Notes under the pieces: generated by a model | What the model was told of the DNA's origin: nothing | Seen by the model: only the letters and a program-made list of their open reading frames with translations | Databases searched by the model: none | Source: Octopus vulgaris | Lineage: Eukaryota | Assembly: GCA_951406725.2 (NCBI GenBank) | Contig: OX597817.1 | Coordinates: 27,900,001-27,964,000 of the forward strand | Direction: 5' to 3' | Length of the DNA stretch: 64,000 nt | Translations under genes and position numbers: made by a program | Part shown: in pieces, positions 24,890 to 38,572 of the stretch | How the letters are laid out: each line of letters starts with the position of its first letter | Numbering within the stretch: the first letter of the stretch is position 1

Positions 24890-25645
24890 TTTTTTACTGG
24901 CCGCAAGGGGCTACACAGAGGGGACAAACAAAGACAGACAAACTGGTACTTATTTAATCGACCTCAAAAGGATGAAAGGCAAAGTCGACGTCGGCGGAAT
25001 TTGAATTCAGAACGTTAACGGCAGGCGAAATACCTATTTCTTTACTGCTCACAAGGGGCTACACACAGAGGGGACAAACAAGGACAGACAAAGGCATTAA
25101 GTCGATTACGTGCGTAACTGGTAACCTCAGTGCGTAACTGGTACTTATTTAATCGACCCCGAAAGGATGAAAGGCAAAGTCGACCTCGGCGGGATATGAA
25201 CTCAGAACGTTAACGGCAGACGAAATGCCTATTTCTATTTCTTTACTACTCACAAGGGGCTAAACACAGAGTGGACAAACAAGGACAGACAAAGGGATTA
25301 AGTCGATTACATCGACCCTAGTGCGTAACTGGTACTTATTTAATCGACCCCGAAAGGATGAAAGGCAAAGTCAACCTCGGCGGAATTTGAACTCAGAACG
25401 TAACGGCAAACGAAATACCTATTTCTTTACTGCCCACAAGGGGCTAAACACAGAGAGGACAAACAAGGACAGACAAACGGCTTAAGTCGATTATATTGAC
25501 CCAGTGCGTAACTGGTACTTATTTAATCGACTCCGAAAGAATGAAAGGCAAAGTCGACCTCTGTGGAATTTGAACTCAGAACGTTAGCCGTAGACGAAAT
25601 ACGGCTACGCATTTTGCCCGGCGTGTTAATGTTTCTACCAGCTAG
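24890..25645 (-). mobile_element. Head-to-tail array of four SINE family B units
   Basis: cacaaggggct..acacagag..ggacaaacaaggacagacaaa and gaaaggcaaagtcgacctcggcgg each recur four times; only one 5' head (near 25645). Confidence 0.85.
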
Positions 25646-26439
25646 TTTCTAGAAAACTGGAAGACACATAAATTCATCTATAAAGTGTATTGATGTATGT
25701 GTTGTTGGCATTTAAGCATATGCCAGCTTCTGTTCAGCTGTTCATGTGCATACATTAACCTGTTCAGCTTTATACTTCCGGCTCTGTATCGACAAATTTC
25801 TGATCTACATAATTTTGCATGATACGAATATAGCTGATCTACATTTTGTCGCTATGAAGTGTTTTTTTCTCTCAGTTTCTTGTAGTTTACAAACTTTTCT
25901 TGATTATTTACCACTGTCTGATATTCTCTGCATTAAGTAGTTATTTCACAACCAGTATGTAAAAAAATGGAAAAACTTGCTTCTTCCATAATTCTTTATT
26001 TTATTAATCAGTTTGCAATTTTCTCTCCTAAGACTTTTTCGGCGCCAGCACCATATTTTATAATTTACCTTTTACTTCAATGGCTGCTCTTCCCTGATAA
26101 GAAAGTTATAAGAATGAAAAATACTAATTTTTTTAACGGCATTGTTGTATCGCAAAATCGTTAGTTGTTTAATAGTTTCAGTTCAGAATTACCATCAACA
26201 CTTGGCCAACCTTTTTAATACAAGAGTGACATGATGATTAAAATATGACATTTTTCTTGATGACCTTAGATAAATAATGAAATAGTTACAATTGAAAATC
26301 GGACTTAATTATCACGCCGGTTGACCTGTAGCATATTGTTACTTCTACACAACTCTTCTCTTGGCAGGGATTATTATACACATCTCGCTTGCAGTCTCAT
26401 TCTTTCAGTTTGTTTTTTTTTTAAAGTTGTCACAGGAGG

Positions 26440-29210
26440 AAGGTCAACGCCCATAGCACTCCGGATATAGTAATGTCGGCGGCGATTTATCGTGTGTCCG
26501 ATAATTTATTTGGTTTCTTTTTGACCACTTCTTCGCCTCTGTCCGTATGTATACCTCTGATGACTAATGCATAGAAGCGTTTGTTGCATCGTTCACAAGA
26601 GATCCGTGGTGGAGGCTTTGGTTATTATAGCCTCCATTTTATACCTTGTCCTTTCTCTTCCTCTTTCCTCTGTTGTTCAGCTTCAAAATGTTCTGTCACA
26701 GTGGAGATGGTATGATGTCATCCGGGCCTGTCCTGAGATTCAATGTCCCAGTCTTTGGGATCGATTCCAGTCAGTTTTAGTCTTTGCTTCAGATGATCCA
26801 TGTATCGACGGAGGGGACGGCCACGGAGTCTTTTTCCAGTGTATTGTTCACCATATAAAATTTGACACGGCAACCCGGTCTCTTTCATTCTTGCTACGTG
26901 GCCCGCCCATCTCAGACGATGTTTCAGGATGTTAGCCTCAATGCTGCTGCTTTCGTTCTCTCCAAAACGGAGACACCGAGCACATAGTCGTTCCATTTTA
27001 TATTCATAACAGAGCAGACCATCTGATGGTGAAATTGTTCTAGTCCAGGTTTCATAACCGTAGAGGAGAGTGGAAATCGTGACTGCTTGGTAGACACTCA
27101 ATTTCATTTGGTTGTTCAGATCGTTGTTCTTAAAGCTCCTTTTCGCTATCTACCAAACGCAGTGTGAGCCGCTTTTAATTGGTTCTCAACGTCCTCTTCC
27201 AATGTGCACTTATCTGAAAACAAAATTCTTAAGTATAAAAGGTAGTTAACTTTCTCCATTGACGACACCAAGATGGCAATGCTGAAGTCTGGTGTTTCCT
27301 GATTTAGAACGGTTTGTGCCAGGATTTTTGTCTGTTTTGATGTTGACTTTTAGGCCGAAATGATTGTAAGCATTGGTGAAGTTATTCACCGATTGTTGAA
27401 GCTGTTCACTGGAGTGACAAACCGGTACGTTGTCATCACCATACTGAAGTCCATTTATCTTTTACTTCCAGGTCAATCTTCGTAACTTCAATCTGATAAG
27501 ATTGAAGCATCTCCCACCGTCATATCGGTACCTAATGCTGACCCCTGGATTGTCTGGAGGCGGTTCATAAAATATTGCTGCAAACTACAGGGAAAGGACA
27601 GTTGATTTTGATGAAAGATGGTTTCAGAACCGTCATGTAATCCCTGTACTGGGGAAATTAATTGATCGGGCAGCCGAAACGTCGGAAGGCCTAGTACATT
27701 GCAGGACATGGGACGGTATCAAAGGCCTTTTCGAGGTCGTAGTAAACAAAATGGAGGTTTTTGCTGTTCTCTACTCGTTTCTTGTATTTATCGAGCGCAA
27801 AAGATCATGTCAGTTGTCCCTCTGGATGGTCGAAATCCACATTTTGATTCGGGTAGGACTTCCTTAGCGATAATTTGGAGACGATCCAGAAGGTGCCTTG
27901 CAAAGATTTTCCCTGCAGTGGAGATCAGTAAGATGCCACAATAGTTCCCACGGATCTTTCTGTCTCCTTTTTTGAAGATGTTGATAATAACAGCATCTTT
28001 GAAGTATTTGGGAACATTGCAATTCTTCCACATTCCGATAATCAAAGTGAACAGACTGATGTTTAATAGTAGTCCACCATGTTTTAGAAGTTCCACTGGG
28101 ATGTCATCTGAGCCATGAGACTTCCGCTACTTCATGCGGTTGAGGGCAATCTTCGTAGGATGGTGGCGTGTTTATCCAGTGTCGAGTTGGATGCATGTAT
28201 ACGTTCTTCAAGAAATATTCCGCCACGTTGGAGTCTTGGTTCAGAAGACACGGCAAGAGCTTTCTTCAGCGTTGAAGGATATGTTGTGTATCAGTCAGGA
28301 TGGTGTGGGATTCTACTGATTGAAAACACCCTGTTGATGATCTCACGGAACCAAAAAGTTCCTTTGTTCCTGCGTAGAAGCATCTGAGGTCACGAATGTC
28401 AGCATATTCCTGGAGCTCAACGACTTTTTATTGCCACCAGTTATTCTGCAACTCACTCAATTTTGTTTGGCATTATCTTTTGAAGTCTTGATATCTCACT
28501 TTGTTGTGCCTCGATCTTGGATCTTGCTCATGAGAGAAGAGGGCTTGCCGTTTTGCATCGATCAGCTGGCTGATTTCTTGATCACTTTCATCAAACCAGT
28601 CCTGATGTCTCCTTTTGTTATTCCTTCAGGGATGCTTTTTCGAATTCTGTTTCATTCCTTATCCATATCCTGGTTGTCAGATGGGATGGAATGAAGGTGT
28701 TTGGGAATGGAAGATGCAAAAAGGGAACTGATCTCTGGGTTGTTAAGCTTCGATATGTCAGATTTTCTTCGGACCGGTTTTATTTTTTCAGTCTTTAGTT
28801 TCTTGCTAAACATTATTCGAAGGTGGGTGATGTCTAGACGATGTCCAGCTATCGTCAGCGCTGTTAGCCATTTGCGTGATGAGGACGTTTCTTTAATAAC
28901 TTTGCCAGAGGATAAACTAGTTCGGGAGGTGGCAGTGTTTCGACCTGGGGTGCTTGCAGGTGGTCTAGAAGTGATTTGGGGATCGAAAGTAGGTGTTGGG
29001 GATGAAGAGAGAGTGTTCAGCCCACAGCCGAAGGAGTAAGAGTCCATTTTCATTGCAGTTTCCAACTTCTTCTTTGTTAATTATATTCTCTCACAGCCTG
29101 TAGTCTTACCCCACTCTTGCATTGAAATCCCCGAGGTGGAGATTGAGGAGCTTGTCATTTGGTGGTACATTAAGGATCAGGTCACTAAAGCTGTTGGTAG
29201 AAGATGTTTT
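26440..29210 (-). mobile_element. Decayed RTE-clade (BovB-like) LINE
   Basis: KDAVIINIFKKGDRKIRGNYCGILLISTAGKIFAR...LPESKCGFRPSRGTTDMIF (RT), VYQAVTISTLLYGYETW...LRWAGHVARM...GKRLRGRP, and endonuclease-side fragments at 28652-29150. Confidence 0.92.
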
Positions 29211-30136
29211 ACACATTTATCGACCCCGAAAGAATGAAAGGCAAGTGGACCTCGGATTTGGCGGCTATTTCTAGTAGATCATTGTTGAAACCACCCTTGT
29301 CGATTCGTCCATTTTATCAGCTTCATTTTACAGGTTTTTAATTACTATACTTTTTCCGTTACATTAAGCTCTATTTCCAGACATCTGCAATTAACTGATG
29401 CTTTTTAGGTTGTCTCTGACACATTTCTCTATTTCTTCTCATTTCCATGAAAATGTATACTAGTTGCTAATCAGGAATAACTATGCATTGAAATTTCAGC
29501 AGTTTGACGTTTCTTGTTTAGTTTTATAGATTTTTGCTCTCAAGCAAATAGATGTCGAACCTACTGTTAAGTATTGACATCAGACCTGAGCAGGATATTA
29601 GTAAGCGATTAATTATCCAATCGGTTTTAAAATCTTTTGTAATTTCATCTCATTAATTAATTTAATTTCAATCTTCATTTGGTCCTTATCTAATTTTACG
29701 ATTTCTTTCCTCGGTTTTCTGTTATCATTCATTCGGTATTTCAAACTAATATCGACTGTACGCATACATCTCCTAAAACTACTACAGATGCTTGTATATT
29801 AATCAATGGCTAAATAGATGAAATATTATAATAAAAACTATGGTACTCTTCAACTTTATCTCGTACTTTGTGTAAAATTCTAGATTATTAATCGTCTTAT
29901 TAGCAAAAGTAATATTTCACTTCTTAATATTGCGGAAGGCTTAAAGTTACTACGTTTGTAGACTATGAGTCTCTTGAAGCGCGCCAAGACGATAGCTTCT
30001 AAGACTATAAGAAATAAAGGCAAATTACTAGCTGTTGTAGGAAAGTATTACCCGTCACATGATAGGTAACTTTGTAACCGTACTCTTGCCACATGGGTAA
30101 TATCAGGAAATATGGCATACACACATTGATTATAAT

Positions 30137-30340
30137 CCTTCCTACTATAAGCACAAGGCTTGAAATTTGGAGGAGGGGGCCAGTCGATTAGAGCGAGCCC
30201 AGTACTCAAATGGTATTAAATGTATCGAACCTGAAAGGTAAAGTCGACCTCGGTGGAATTTGAGCTCAGAACATAGCGACAGGCGAAATACCGCTAAGTA
30301 TTTCGTCCAGTGTGCTAACATTTCTGCCAGCTCGCCGCCT
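30137..30340 (-). mobile_element. SINE family B, full length, 19-bp TSD
   Basis: Flanked by tacacacattgattataat / tacacatattgattataat. Confidence 0.88.
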
Positions 30341-30425
30341 TACACATATTGATTATAATGGAACTGTTGAGAAATTCTTGGTGCTTATACAAAATTATGA
30401 AATAAATACGAATTTACTATATATA

Positions 30426-30655
30426 CAAGGTTGGCCAAATGTCACCTAACAGTAATTCAAGACCATTTAATTCCAAGGTTCATTTATGTTTAACAACGGA
30501 ATCAATTAAAATCATATAAATATGAAACATCATGGAAATTGCTCAAACTGAAGTCCTTCTTGGGCGACACCTTTATCCCATTCGAGCCACTATAGAATTA
30601 CAGAGAGTATTTAGGGAATTTTGAATTACTGTCGGGTGACTTTTGGCCAACCCTG
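30426..30655. mobile_element. Tc1/mariner-type MITE
   Basis: TIRs caaggttggccaaatgtcacctaacagtaattcaa / ttgaattactgtcgggtgacttttggccaaccctg with TA on both sides. Confidence 0.85.
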
Positions 30656-30926
30656 TATATCTTTTATCTTTTCCTTGTTTCACTCATTTGACTGCGGTTT
30701 TGCTGGGGCACCGTCTCGAACAAATCGACCCCAAATTTCTATTTTGTATATTTGCAATACATGTACCTTAATATTTTCGTAAATTTTATCAGTATAATCG
30801 CAATTTACTACATCCGAAACTTATCTTACCAGAATTTCGAGAATAATTCTCTATTATTCAGAAAGTTATACGAATCAACATATACGATGGTGGTGTGACA
30901 AACTAGACTTATGTCTCTTTTCTCTC

Positions 30927-30975
<49 letters not shown>

Positions 30976-31025
30976 TGCATATATATATATATATACATAC
31001 ATACATACATACATACATACATACA

Positions 31026-31062
<37 letters not shown>

Positions 31063-31063
31063 G

Positions 31064-31115
<52 letters not shown>

Positions 31116-31175
31116 CATACGCAGACATATAAGCAGGCACGTACATGTGCAGACTCATACACACAGTGATATATA

Positions 31176-31403
31176 TTTCTTTATTGCCCACAAGGGGCTA
31201 AACACAGAGAGGACAAACAAGGACAGACAAACGGATTAAGTTGATTACATCGACCCCAGTGCGTAACTGGTACTTAATTTATCGACCCCGAAAGGATGAA
31301 AGGCAAAGTCGACCTCGGCGGAATTTGAACTCAGAATGTAACGGCAGACGAAATAGGGCTACTCATTTCGCCTGGCGTGCTATCGTTTCTGCCAGCTCGC
31401 CGC
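31176..31403 (-). mobile_element. SINE family B (Tx1-like tail variant), TSD TGATATATA
   Basis: Full head to tail; flanking 9-bp duplication. Confidence 0.88.
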
Positions 31404-31909
31404 TGATATATACACATGCGTATGTATGTGTGTGTGCGTGCGTGCGTGTCTGCGTGCGTGCGTGCGTGTCTGCGTTCGTGCGTGCATGCATTCGTGCGTG
31501 CCTGTACAAAATTAAGCTGCAAATTGACAAATCGCTTTGAAATATCACCAAAGATATTATTTGCAAATTGTGAAGAGAAATTTGAAAGCGTTCCTTTAGT
31601 CGTTGCTTGCCACTAAGCCTAGACAAAATACGTGACTGGAAAAGTCAACAAACCAACAGACATCTATATTGGATATTATGTATATATATATATATTATCT
31701 TTTACCATTTACTTGTTTCAGTTATTAGGCTGTGGTCACGCTTGGGCACCGCCTTGAATAATCTTTTGTGGAATGAATGCTCGTATGTTTCTGTACAATC
31801 TTTATTAATATAGCGATAAACGAGATAAGCATTTGCTACACAATCAAAAATTCTTGTATCTTCCACGTTGATTACCACAACAAGAATAATTTTTGGTTAT
31901 TTGATTGAT

Positions 31910-32592
31910 TGATTGATTGATTCTAGTTTCAGCTCATGAGCTGTGGCCATGCTGGGGCACCGCCATTTGGTGTTGCTACTTGGTTTTACTTCACGAAAGC
32001 GTTTTAGCAACTGCCATTTGGTGCATGAGAGAGTTCGATGCAGCTGCCCTCATCTGCACCTCCTGCCGTGAAGTTGGTTCATCTGGGACACCTGACAGGA
32101 AGAGATCCAGTTCCATTTTAAAGACATCTGCATCCACCCCATGCAGGTCTCTCAGGTTCTTCGGGAGGATATTGAAGAGCTGTGGGCCACGGAAGCCCAG
32201 GCTATCACAGTATCTTGTCCTACATCTTGATGGCAAATTTGGAGTCCTAGACACCACGCAGTGGCGCCCAGTTCTGGCATTTGTGTAACTCTCGATGCCA
32301 AAGTTTGGGACACGTCCCTCCAGGATCTTCCAGATGTATATTATGGCATATCTTTCCCGCCTACGCTCCAAGGAATATAGTTTTAATCTCTTGAGTCTTT
32401 CCCAGTAGCTTACATTCTGCATAGAGGCTATCTTCTTCGTGTAGCTACGCTGGATCGCCTCGAGCTCTGTGATCAACTTGACACTGGATGGTGACCATAA
32501 CTGAGAGCAATAGTCAAAGTGGCTTAGGACAAGTGTCCTCCAGAGGACCATCATGGTTTCTTGTTCTCTTGTTCTAAAGGTTCTGAGAATCT
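31910..32592 (-). mobile_element. 5'-truncated young CR1/L2-group LINE
   Basis: Open ORF 31991-32554 (LSHFDYCSQLWSP...YWERLKRLKLYSLERRRERY), short 3' UTR and (CAAT)n tail. Confidence 0.88.
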
Positions 32593-33109
32593 ATACATCA
32601 TATAGTTTTATTTTATATCTTGGTTTACAACTAAGTTCCAAACTAAAATAACTCGTAGTTGAAAGCAGAAACGCTCGGAATGAAGTATAAAAATGCAAAT
32701 GAACTACAAGTTGCTAAGTAACAAAAAATTAAATAAAGTTGATTGGAGCAAATTTGAATTAGTGGAAAATAAACTAACATAACCTGATATATCAGCTTTT
32801 GATATTCTTTGAGAATGTTTATTTAAATGTCTTTTTCAGTCAGTCGCTCAATTATTTATGGTTGAACAACGTAAATGTATGTATTGTGATAATAGCCACT
32901 GCGTCAATATTGATTGGTTCTGACACTCTAACTTAGCCTTGTCACACTTCATAAAAAGGAAAGCGGTATCCAAACTTATACACACACACACAACCACATA
33001 CATACAAATACACAAACGCACACTCACGAACACACATACCCGCACGCACATACTCACACACAAACACACCCATTGACTATATTCAGGCGCAGAGATATCT
33101 GTACACATG

Positions 33110-33189
33110 CAGATACACAGACAGACAGCTAAACAGACAGATACACAGACAAATAGCTAAACAGACAGACATACAGACTGATAGATAGA

Positions 33190-33223
<34 letters not shown>

Positions 33224-33250
33224 TACAAACAGACAGACAGACAGACAGAC

Positions 33251-33328
<78 letters not shown>

Positions 33329-33330
33329 AT
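33110..33330. repeat. (GACA)/(GATA)n microsatellite
   Basis: Direct inspection. Confidence 0.95.
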
Positions 33331-34857
33331 AGATAATCTATCTATGAATCTATCTAAATATATATATATATATTTACATTTATATATATATATATGATTA
33401 CATATGAAATGCATATATACATATAGTATTATTTATTCGTTTATACGTGCAAGTAACAAGGAAGGATATTCCTAGTTATCTTTAAGAATACTTTGATCTT
33501 TATCGCAACATGAAAGTAATTTCAGGATATTATCTGTACCACTGTGGAAAATGTCAATGCTCTTTTCACGATTAAAATAATTACAATATCTTCGAAAATG
33601 TTGCTTGGCTTATCACAAAATACTGCAAGAGCAATGTTTAAGAACAAAGAGTGACTACGGGCAATCCTCTACGAGTCAAAATTTATTTCCGTTTTTACTT
33701 GTCTAATTTCCGTCAAATGTGGTGCAGTAAGATACCAAAGGTTTCGAAATAGTGATAAACCAACCTATATAACATAAGGTAAATTTATATCATTTTATAT
33801 ATATGTAGCTGTATTAACTGTCTGGTTATTTTCTTCTCCTTAGTTATATTGCATTCATTTACTTTTTTTTTTCGTTGAAGAACCAAAGATAAAGCAAATA
33901 CAACATATATTGAGAATATCCTAAATATAAATTCGTAAGAAAATATTTCGACCTGTAATCGTCTCCTTCACTTTCTTTATATATTTTCGATACTAGACAA
34001 CGTAAAACTATTATTTAAACTTTGTTTTGTTTCATAGTATGATTATTTAACGCCTTGAATTTCGCTTGATATGATTATGAGCTGCAGATGAGAACAGCAA
34101 GCATCATTAGACAACAAGTCATTAAGCCATGTAGAACGTACTTTAAAGCAGGTTTAAGGAAAAGAATGGAATTTTTAGTGGGGTCGTGACTCAATGCTGA
34201 GAATCAAATTTATCGTAACATTGTATTGAATGGGACTTTAAGTTTCACTGACGGCCTTTTGAATTCAAACTCGCTGAATAAGAAGTCAGGTGAAACTTAA
34301 ACTGCAACTCAACACAAATTTACTTGACATCATTTTAGACATTTAAGTAACAAGGTAAATTGTCAGTCATTCGAATCTATAAGAAATATCAGTAAATTTT
34401 CCTAAAATAACAGCCTATTATCATTTTTTAAAAGAATCATCTTATAATATAGTTCTAGCAAATCATGCTTGTAGAAAAAATGGATGGTTACGGCCAGAAA
34501 ATCCTTGATTATTATTTTTTGTCGATGCGTGTTAGTAAATGGTTATAATAATCGTAGCAGTTAACATAAAACATTCTGAGCAAACCGGTTTCGGATTAAG
34601 AAGATGAGTAGTGTAGACTATACGAAGCAATGAGAGTATCGAAATAATTAATTAAGGGAAGACAAAAAATTTTAAAGATGCATAGAATAAAGTGTAGTTG
34701 GACACAAGATAAAGTTTCAAAAATTCAATATAGCAAAGACCCATAGCATAGTTTTATTAGAACCTATACTGATTCTATAAATCATCTCTCTCACCCTCAC
34801 TCTCTCTCTTTCTATCAGTCTATTTATCTATTTATCTATCTCTGTCTGTCTCTATTG

Positions 34858-34895
<38 letters not shown>

Positions 34896-35339
34896 ATTCA
34901 ATCTGGGACTCGTACCAATGAACGACGCTTAACGTGGTCTTTGAAAAACTAGATTTAGCAGCCAAATATCTCTCAAATCATACTGTTTCAAAATGAAAAA
35001 GGCAAACTGGATTCTGCTCCAAGGTGACACCCAAGAAAATGAGTGCTATCTTTGGTTATTGTTGATTGAGGCTGAACTTGGCTTAAACATCAACAAGTTG
35101 TTATTAAAATATTCTCGTTTTATTTCATATGTCTGTTGCATGTGTAACTATTATTTTTAAACGTCTCTCATTAAAAATAACAACAGCAAATGCAGAGTAC
35201 GTGACAATGTCAAACAAATACTTGTTCTCATAGAAGTTTTTTTTCTGTATATTCAAACAAAAATTAAATATGGAAACATATACACCATTTTCGGTAACTA
35301 TTTACTCTGAAATTTGTGGTAATATAGCTAAATAAGCCA

Positions 35340-35560
35340 AAAAATTAACTCCAGTCCACTCAGGTTGCAAAAAATAAGCTGTACTTGTAATTCAAAGGAC
35401 CAGATTTGTCATACTCTGTGCCATGTTGAATCTCTCCAAGAACTATTTTAACGATGCGCTTGTCGGCAAAGTGCTCAACCACTTTCACGTTAATTTCACC
35501 CGAAGTCTGTTCCGTTGATCGAATCAGCTAGAACACTCGTTGCCGTAAGTCACGGAAAAC
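35340..35560 (+). mobile_element. Old SINE 3' part (Nin/Deu-domain-like)
   Basis: tgtacttgtaattcaaagg...agtgctcaaccactttcacgttaatttcac resembles the conserved Nin-type domain; recognition only. Confidence 0.4.
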
Positions 35561-35589
35561 TAGGCAATTAATATATATATATTTTTTCA

Positions 35590-35960
35590 TTTACTTGTTT
35601 CAGTCATTTGACTGCGGCCATGCTGGAGCACCGTTTTAGTCGAGCAAATCGACCCCGGGACTTATTCTTTGTAAGCCCAGTACTTATTCTATCGGTCTCT
35701 TTTTGCCGAACCGCTATGTGACGGGGACGTAAACACACCAGCATCGGTTGTCAAGCAATGCTAGGGGTACAAACACACATATATATATATATATACATAT
35801 ATACGACAGGTTTCTTTCAGTTTCCGTCTACCAAATCCACTCACAAGGCATTGGTCGGCCCGGGGTTATAGCAGAAAACACTTGCCCAAGATGCCACGCA
35901 GTGGGACTGAACCCGGAACCATGTGGTTGGTTAGCAAGCTACTTACCACACAGCCACTCC
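35590..35960 (-). mobile_element. SINE family A, near full length
   Basis: Near-identical to 5697-6087. Confidence 0.88.
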
Positions 35961-36313
35961 ATAGTTATAGTATATGAGTATATGTGTTTGCATATGTGGC
36001 GTCTGCCTACGTAAGACACTGCGCATTAAAACAGAAATATCGTGCAACATGTTTTGTCGAATGAATTTCCTTGATACCAATGATCATCCTGTATGTCGTG
36101 AATTATGAGTATGTTGAAATAAGAACCACGCAAAGTATTGAGTTTGTATACATGACTAAAACCACCGTTAAAGACTGATCGCCAGTATAATCACATTCAA
36201 ATGCGTATGCGCACCAAGAGAAACAAAAGTACATACATACATACACATAAACGTACATACACACATTCACACACACATACATGCATACATATATACGTAT
36301 AGAAGTGAATAGG

Positions 36314-36349
<36 letters not shown>

Positions 36350-36430
36350 GAGATAGATGATAGATAGATAGATAGATAGATAGGTAGATAGATAGATAGA
36401 TGATAGATAGATAGATAGATAGATATATAA

Positions 36431-36461
<31 letters not shown>

Positions 36462-36462
36462 T

Positions 36463-36962
36463 GTTTCTTTATTAGCCACACAGGGCTGCACACAGATAGA
36501 ACAAATTACAAGGTAGAGCTTTTCTTTTGGGGGTTAAAAAAAAAGAGAGTGGTGGTTTTCGATCAAAAGGGATCGTAAAAGGAAAGAAAAAGGACAAAAA
36601 AAAGGGAGGGGTTAAAAAAAAGGGGTGGGGGAGAAAAAAATGAATAATAGGGATCGTTATCACAGAAATGTCAATATGAAGTGTAAAGGGGAGGACAGGT
36701 GAGGTTTACCCGTGGAAAGAAAAGCCTACGGAAAAGACCACGGTAACCTCGGTCAATGAAGTCACATGTTATATTTCTCTTTTTTTTTTTTGCAAACAAG
36801 CAACTCTCTGTATTAATTTTTATGGTTCATAGAATCATAGTCAAGGTGGCTTCGTCATTCATACGTGCCATTCTTGCTACATTCACCCAGCTTTTTTTAA
36901 AACATTCACTAGACAAAACTTGCCTCTCTACTCTCACTTTCCTCTTCAAGTGATACTTGAAG

Positions 36963-36964
<2 letters not shown>
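36463..36964 (-). mobile_element. 5'-truncated L1/Tx1-like LINE inserted in (GATA)n
   Basis: ORF end FFKYHLKRKVRVERQVLSSECFKKSWVNVARM*, pyrimidine-rich 3' UTR, AATAAA at the 3' terminus, (GATA)n on both sides. Confidence 0.65.
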
Positions 36965-37038
<74 letters not shown>

Positions 37039-37909
37039 CAGACAGATAGATGACAGAGAGAAATAGACAGACAGCAGTATACATTTCAAATTGAAACATT
37101 AGATTAACCAGAGTATTACATTTGTAAATTCACGTTGCAATACTTTTGTAATGACAATTCATTACATTTCATTTTAGAAGGAAATACATTATAGCATTTA
37201 AATTAGTCTTTCTTCCTTCTGGTTTCGAGTTTCAATGCTGTCTACTTTGCTTTTCAACCCTCGATGGTTCGTAAAATTCAAAGTGACAATAATACATTTA
37301 ATTGAATTCAGCTTGCTATACTGATGTAAAATTTGGTCTTGAGCTTAAGTATAATTTACTTTCGTCCGTAAGTAATAAATCGATATTCTTTTATTCTATT
37401 TTTGTCTGATTTTACTTAGACGTTCCATCATTAAAATTTGGTTTCTATTGTTGAAATATTAAAATATTAATTGCAACAGTGACATAGTATATTTTCCACT
37501 TAAAATTTACTTGATTATAAGCTATGAAGCTGATGTATTTAATTATAGTGAATGGTAGTGATGTATGTTGAGACGAGATGCAACAACAACAAAAAATGTA
37601 AAGCAGAAGTTACGAAATCTAGAAAAGAATATTGAGAAAATTTAATGGAATCTATAATATAATTGTAGTAAGAATCTACAGGGAAAACCTGTAAACTTCA
37701 TTAATGATATATTTAAGGTGTTTTCGTTTTGTAATTTTGAAATAGTGAAGAGTAGCTCAGTGAATAAGAAACTCATTTTTCTATTTTGATTTATGTTAAT
37801 TATCTAACAGAGACATACAAGATATCAAGCTCCACACTGTCGCCTTTATGCACATCCATAGATACATATATTTACATGTATATGTATACATGTATATATA
37901 TATAAAGTT

Positions 37910-38100
37910 AATCCAAATATGAAAACACAAAGACGTGAGGACGTGGAACAAGTATAGTGTTATTGGACGCTCAGAAAAGGAAAGAAAGAAGGAAGATTTA
38001 ACGTTTCGAGCGGAGGGCTTCGTCAGAAACATAGGAAAAGGAAAGATCCAAGGAAGGGAAGACGGAGGAAAAAATCGCCAGCGATACACACGCGGTCACA
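37910..38100 (-). mobile_element. Short dispersed element with a minimal PLE-type hammerhead (37997-38029)
   Basis: TTT-CTGACGAA-GCCCTCCGCTC-GAAA-CG-TT-AAA on the minus strand; homolog at 61040-61250. Confidence 0.65.
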
Positions 38101-38131
38101 CATACACACACACACACACACATACACACAT

Positions 38132-38203
<72 letters not shown>

Positions 38204-38269
38204 TACACACATAAATATATCTATATACATATGTATATATATATATATACATATATACTCATATAGAAT

Positions 38270-38510
38270 TATACATAAGAATAAATGAATTAGGCAGGTC
38301 AATATAAAAAGTATATTAAATACATGAAATATAAAAAATGTATTATGTTTACCTACAAAAATGTCCGATTACAAGCAGTAGAAATTATTTCAAGAGTTAA
38401 AGAGGTTGAAGAAAAGTACTCTAAATCCAACAAATGTTTCTCGGGGCTCGGTGATCCAAAATAATGTATGTAAAGTGATTTCTTCGTCGGATGAGATGAG
38501 CGTCTCATAT
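38270..38510 (-). mobile_element. Dispersed repeat homologous to 61545-61790, with a decayed HHR-like motif
   Basis: Shared taagaataa..aattaggca.gtc.atata and tccaaca...gtttct blocks. Confidence 0.5.
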
Positions 38511-38535
38511 CTCTCTCTCTCTCTCTCTCTATATA

Positions 38536-38569
<34 letters not shown>

Positions 38570-38572
<3 letters not shown>

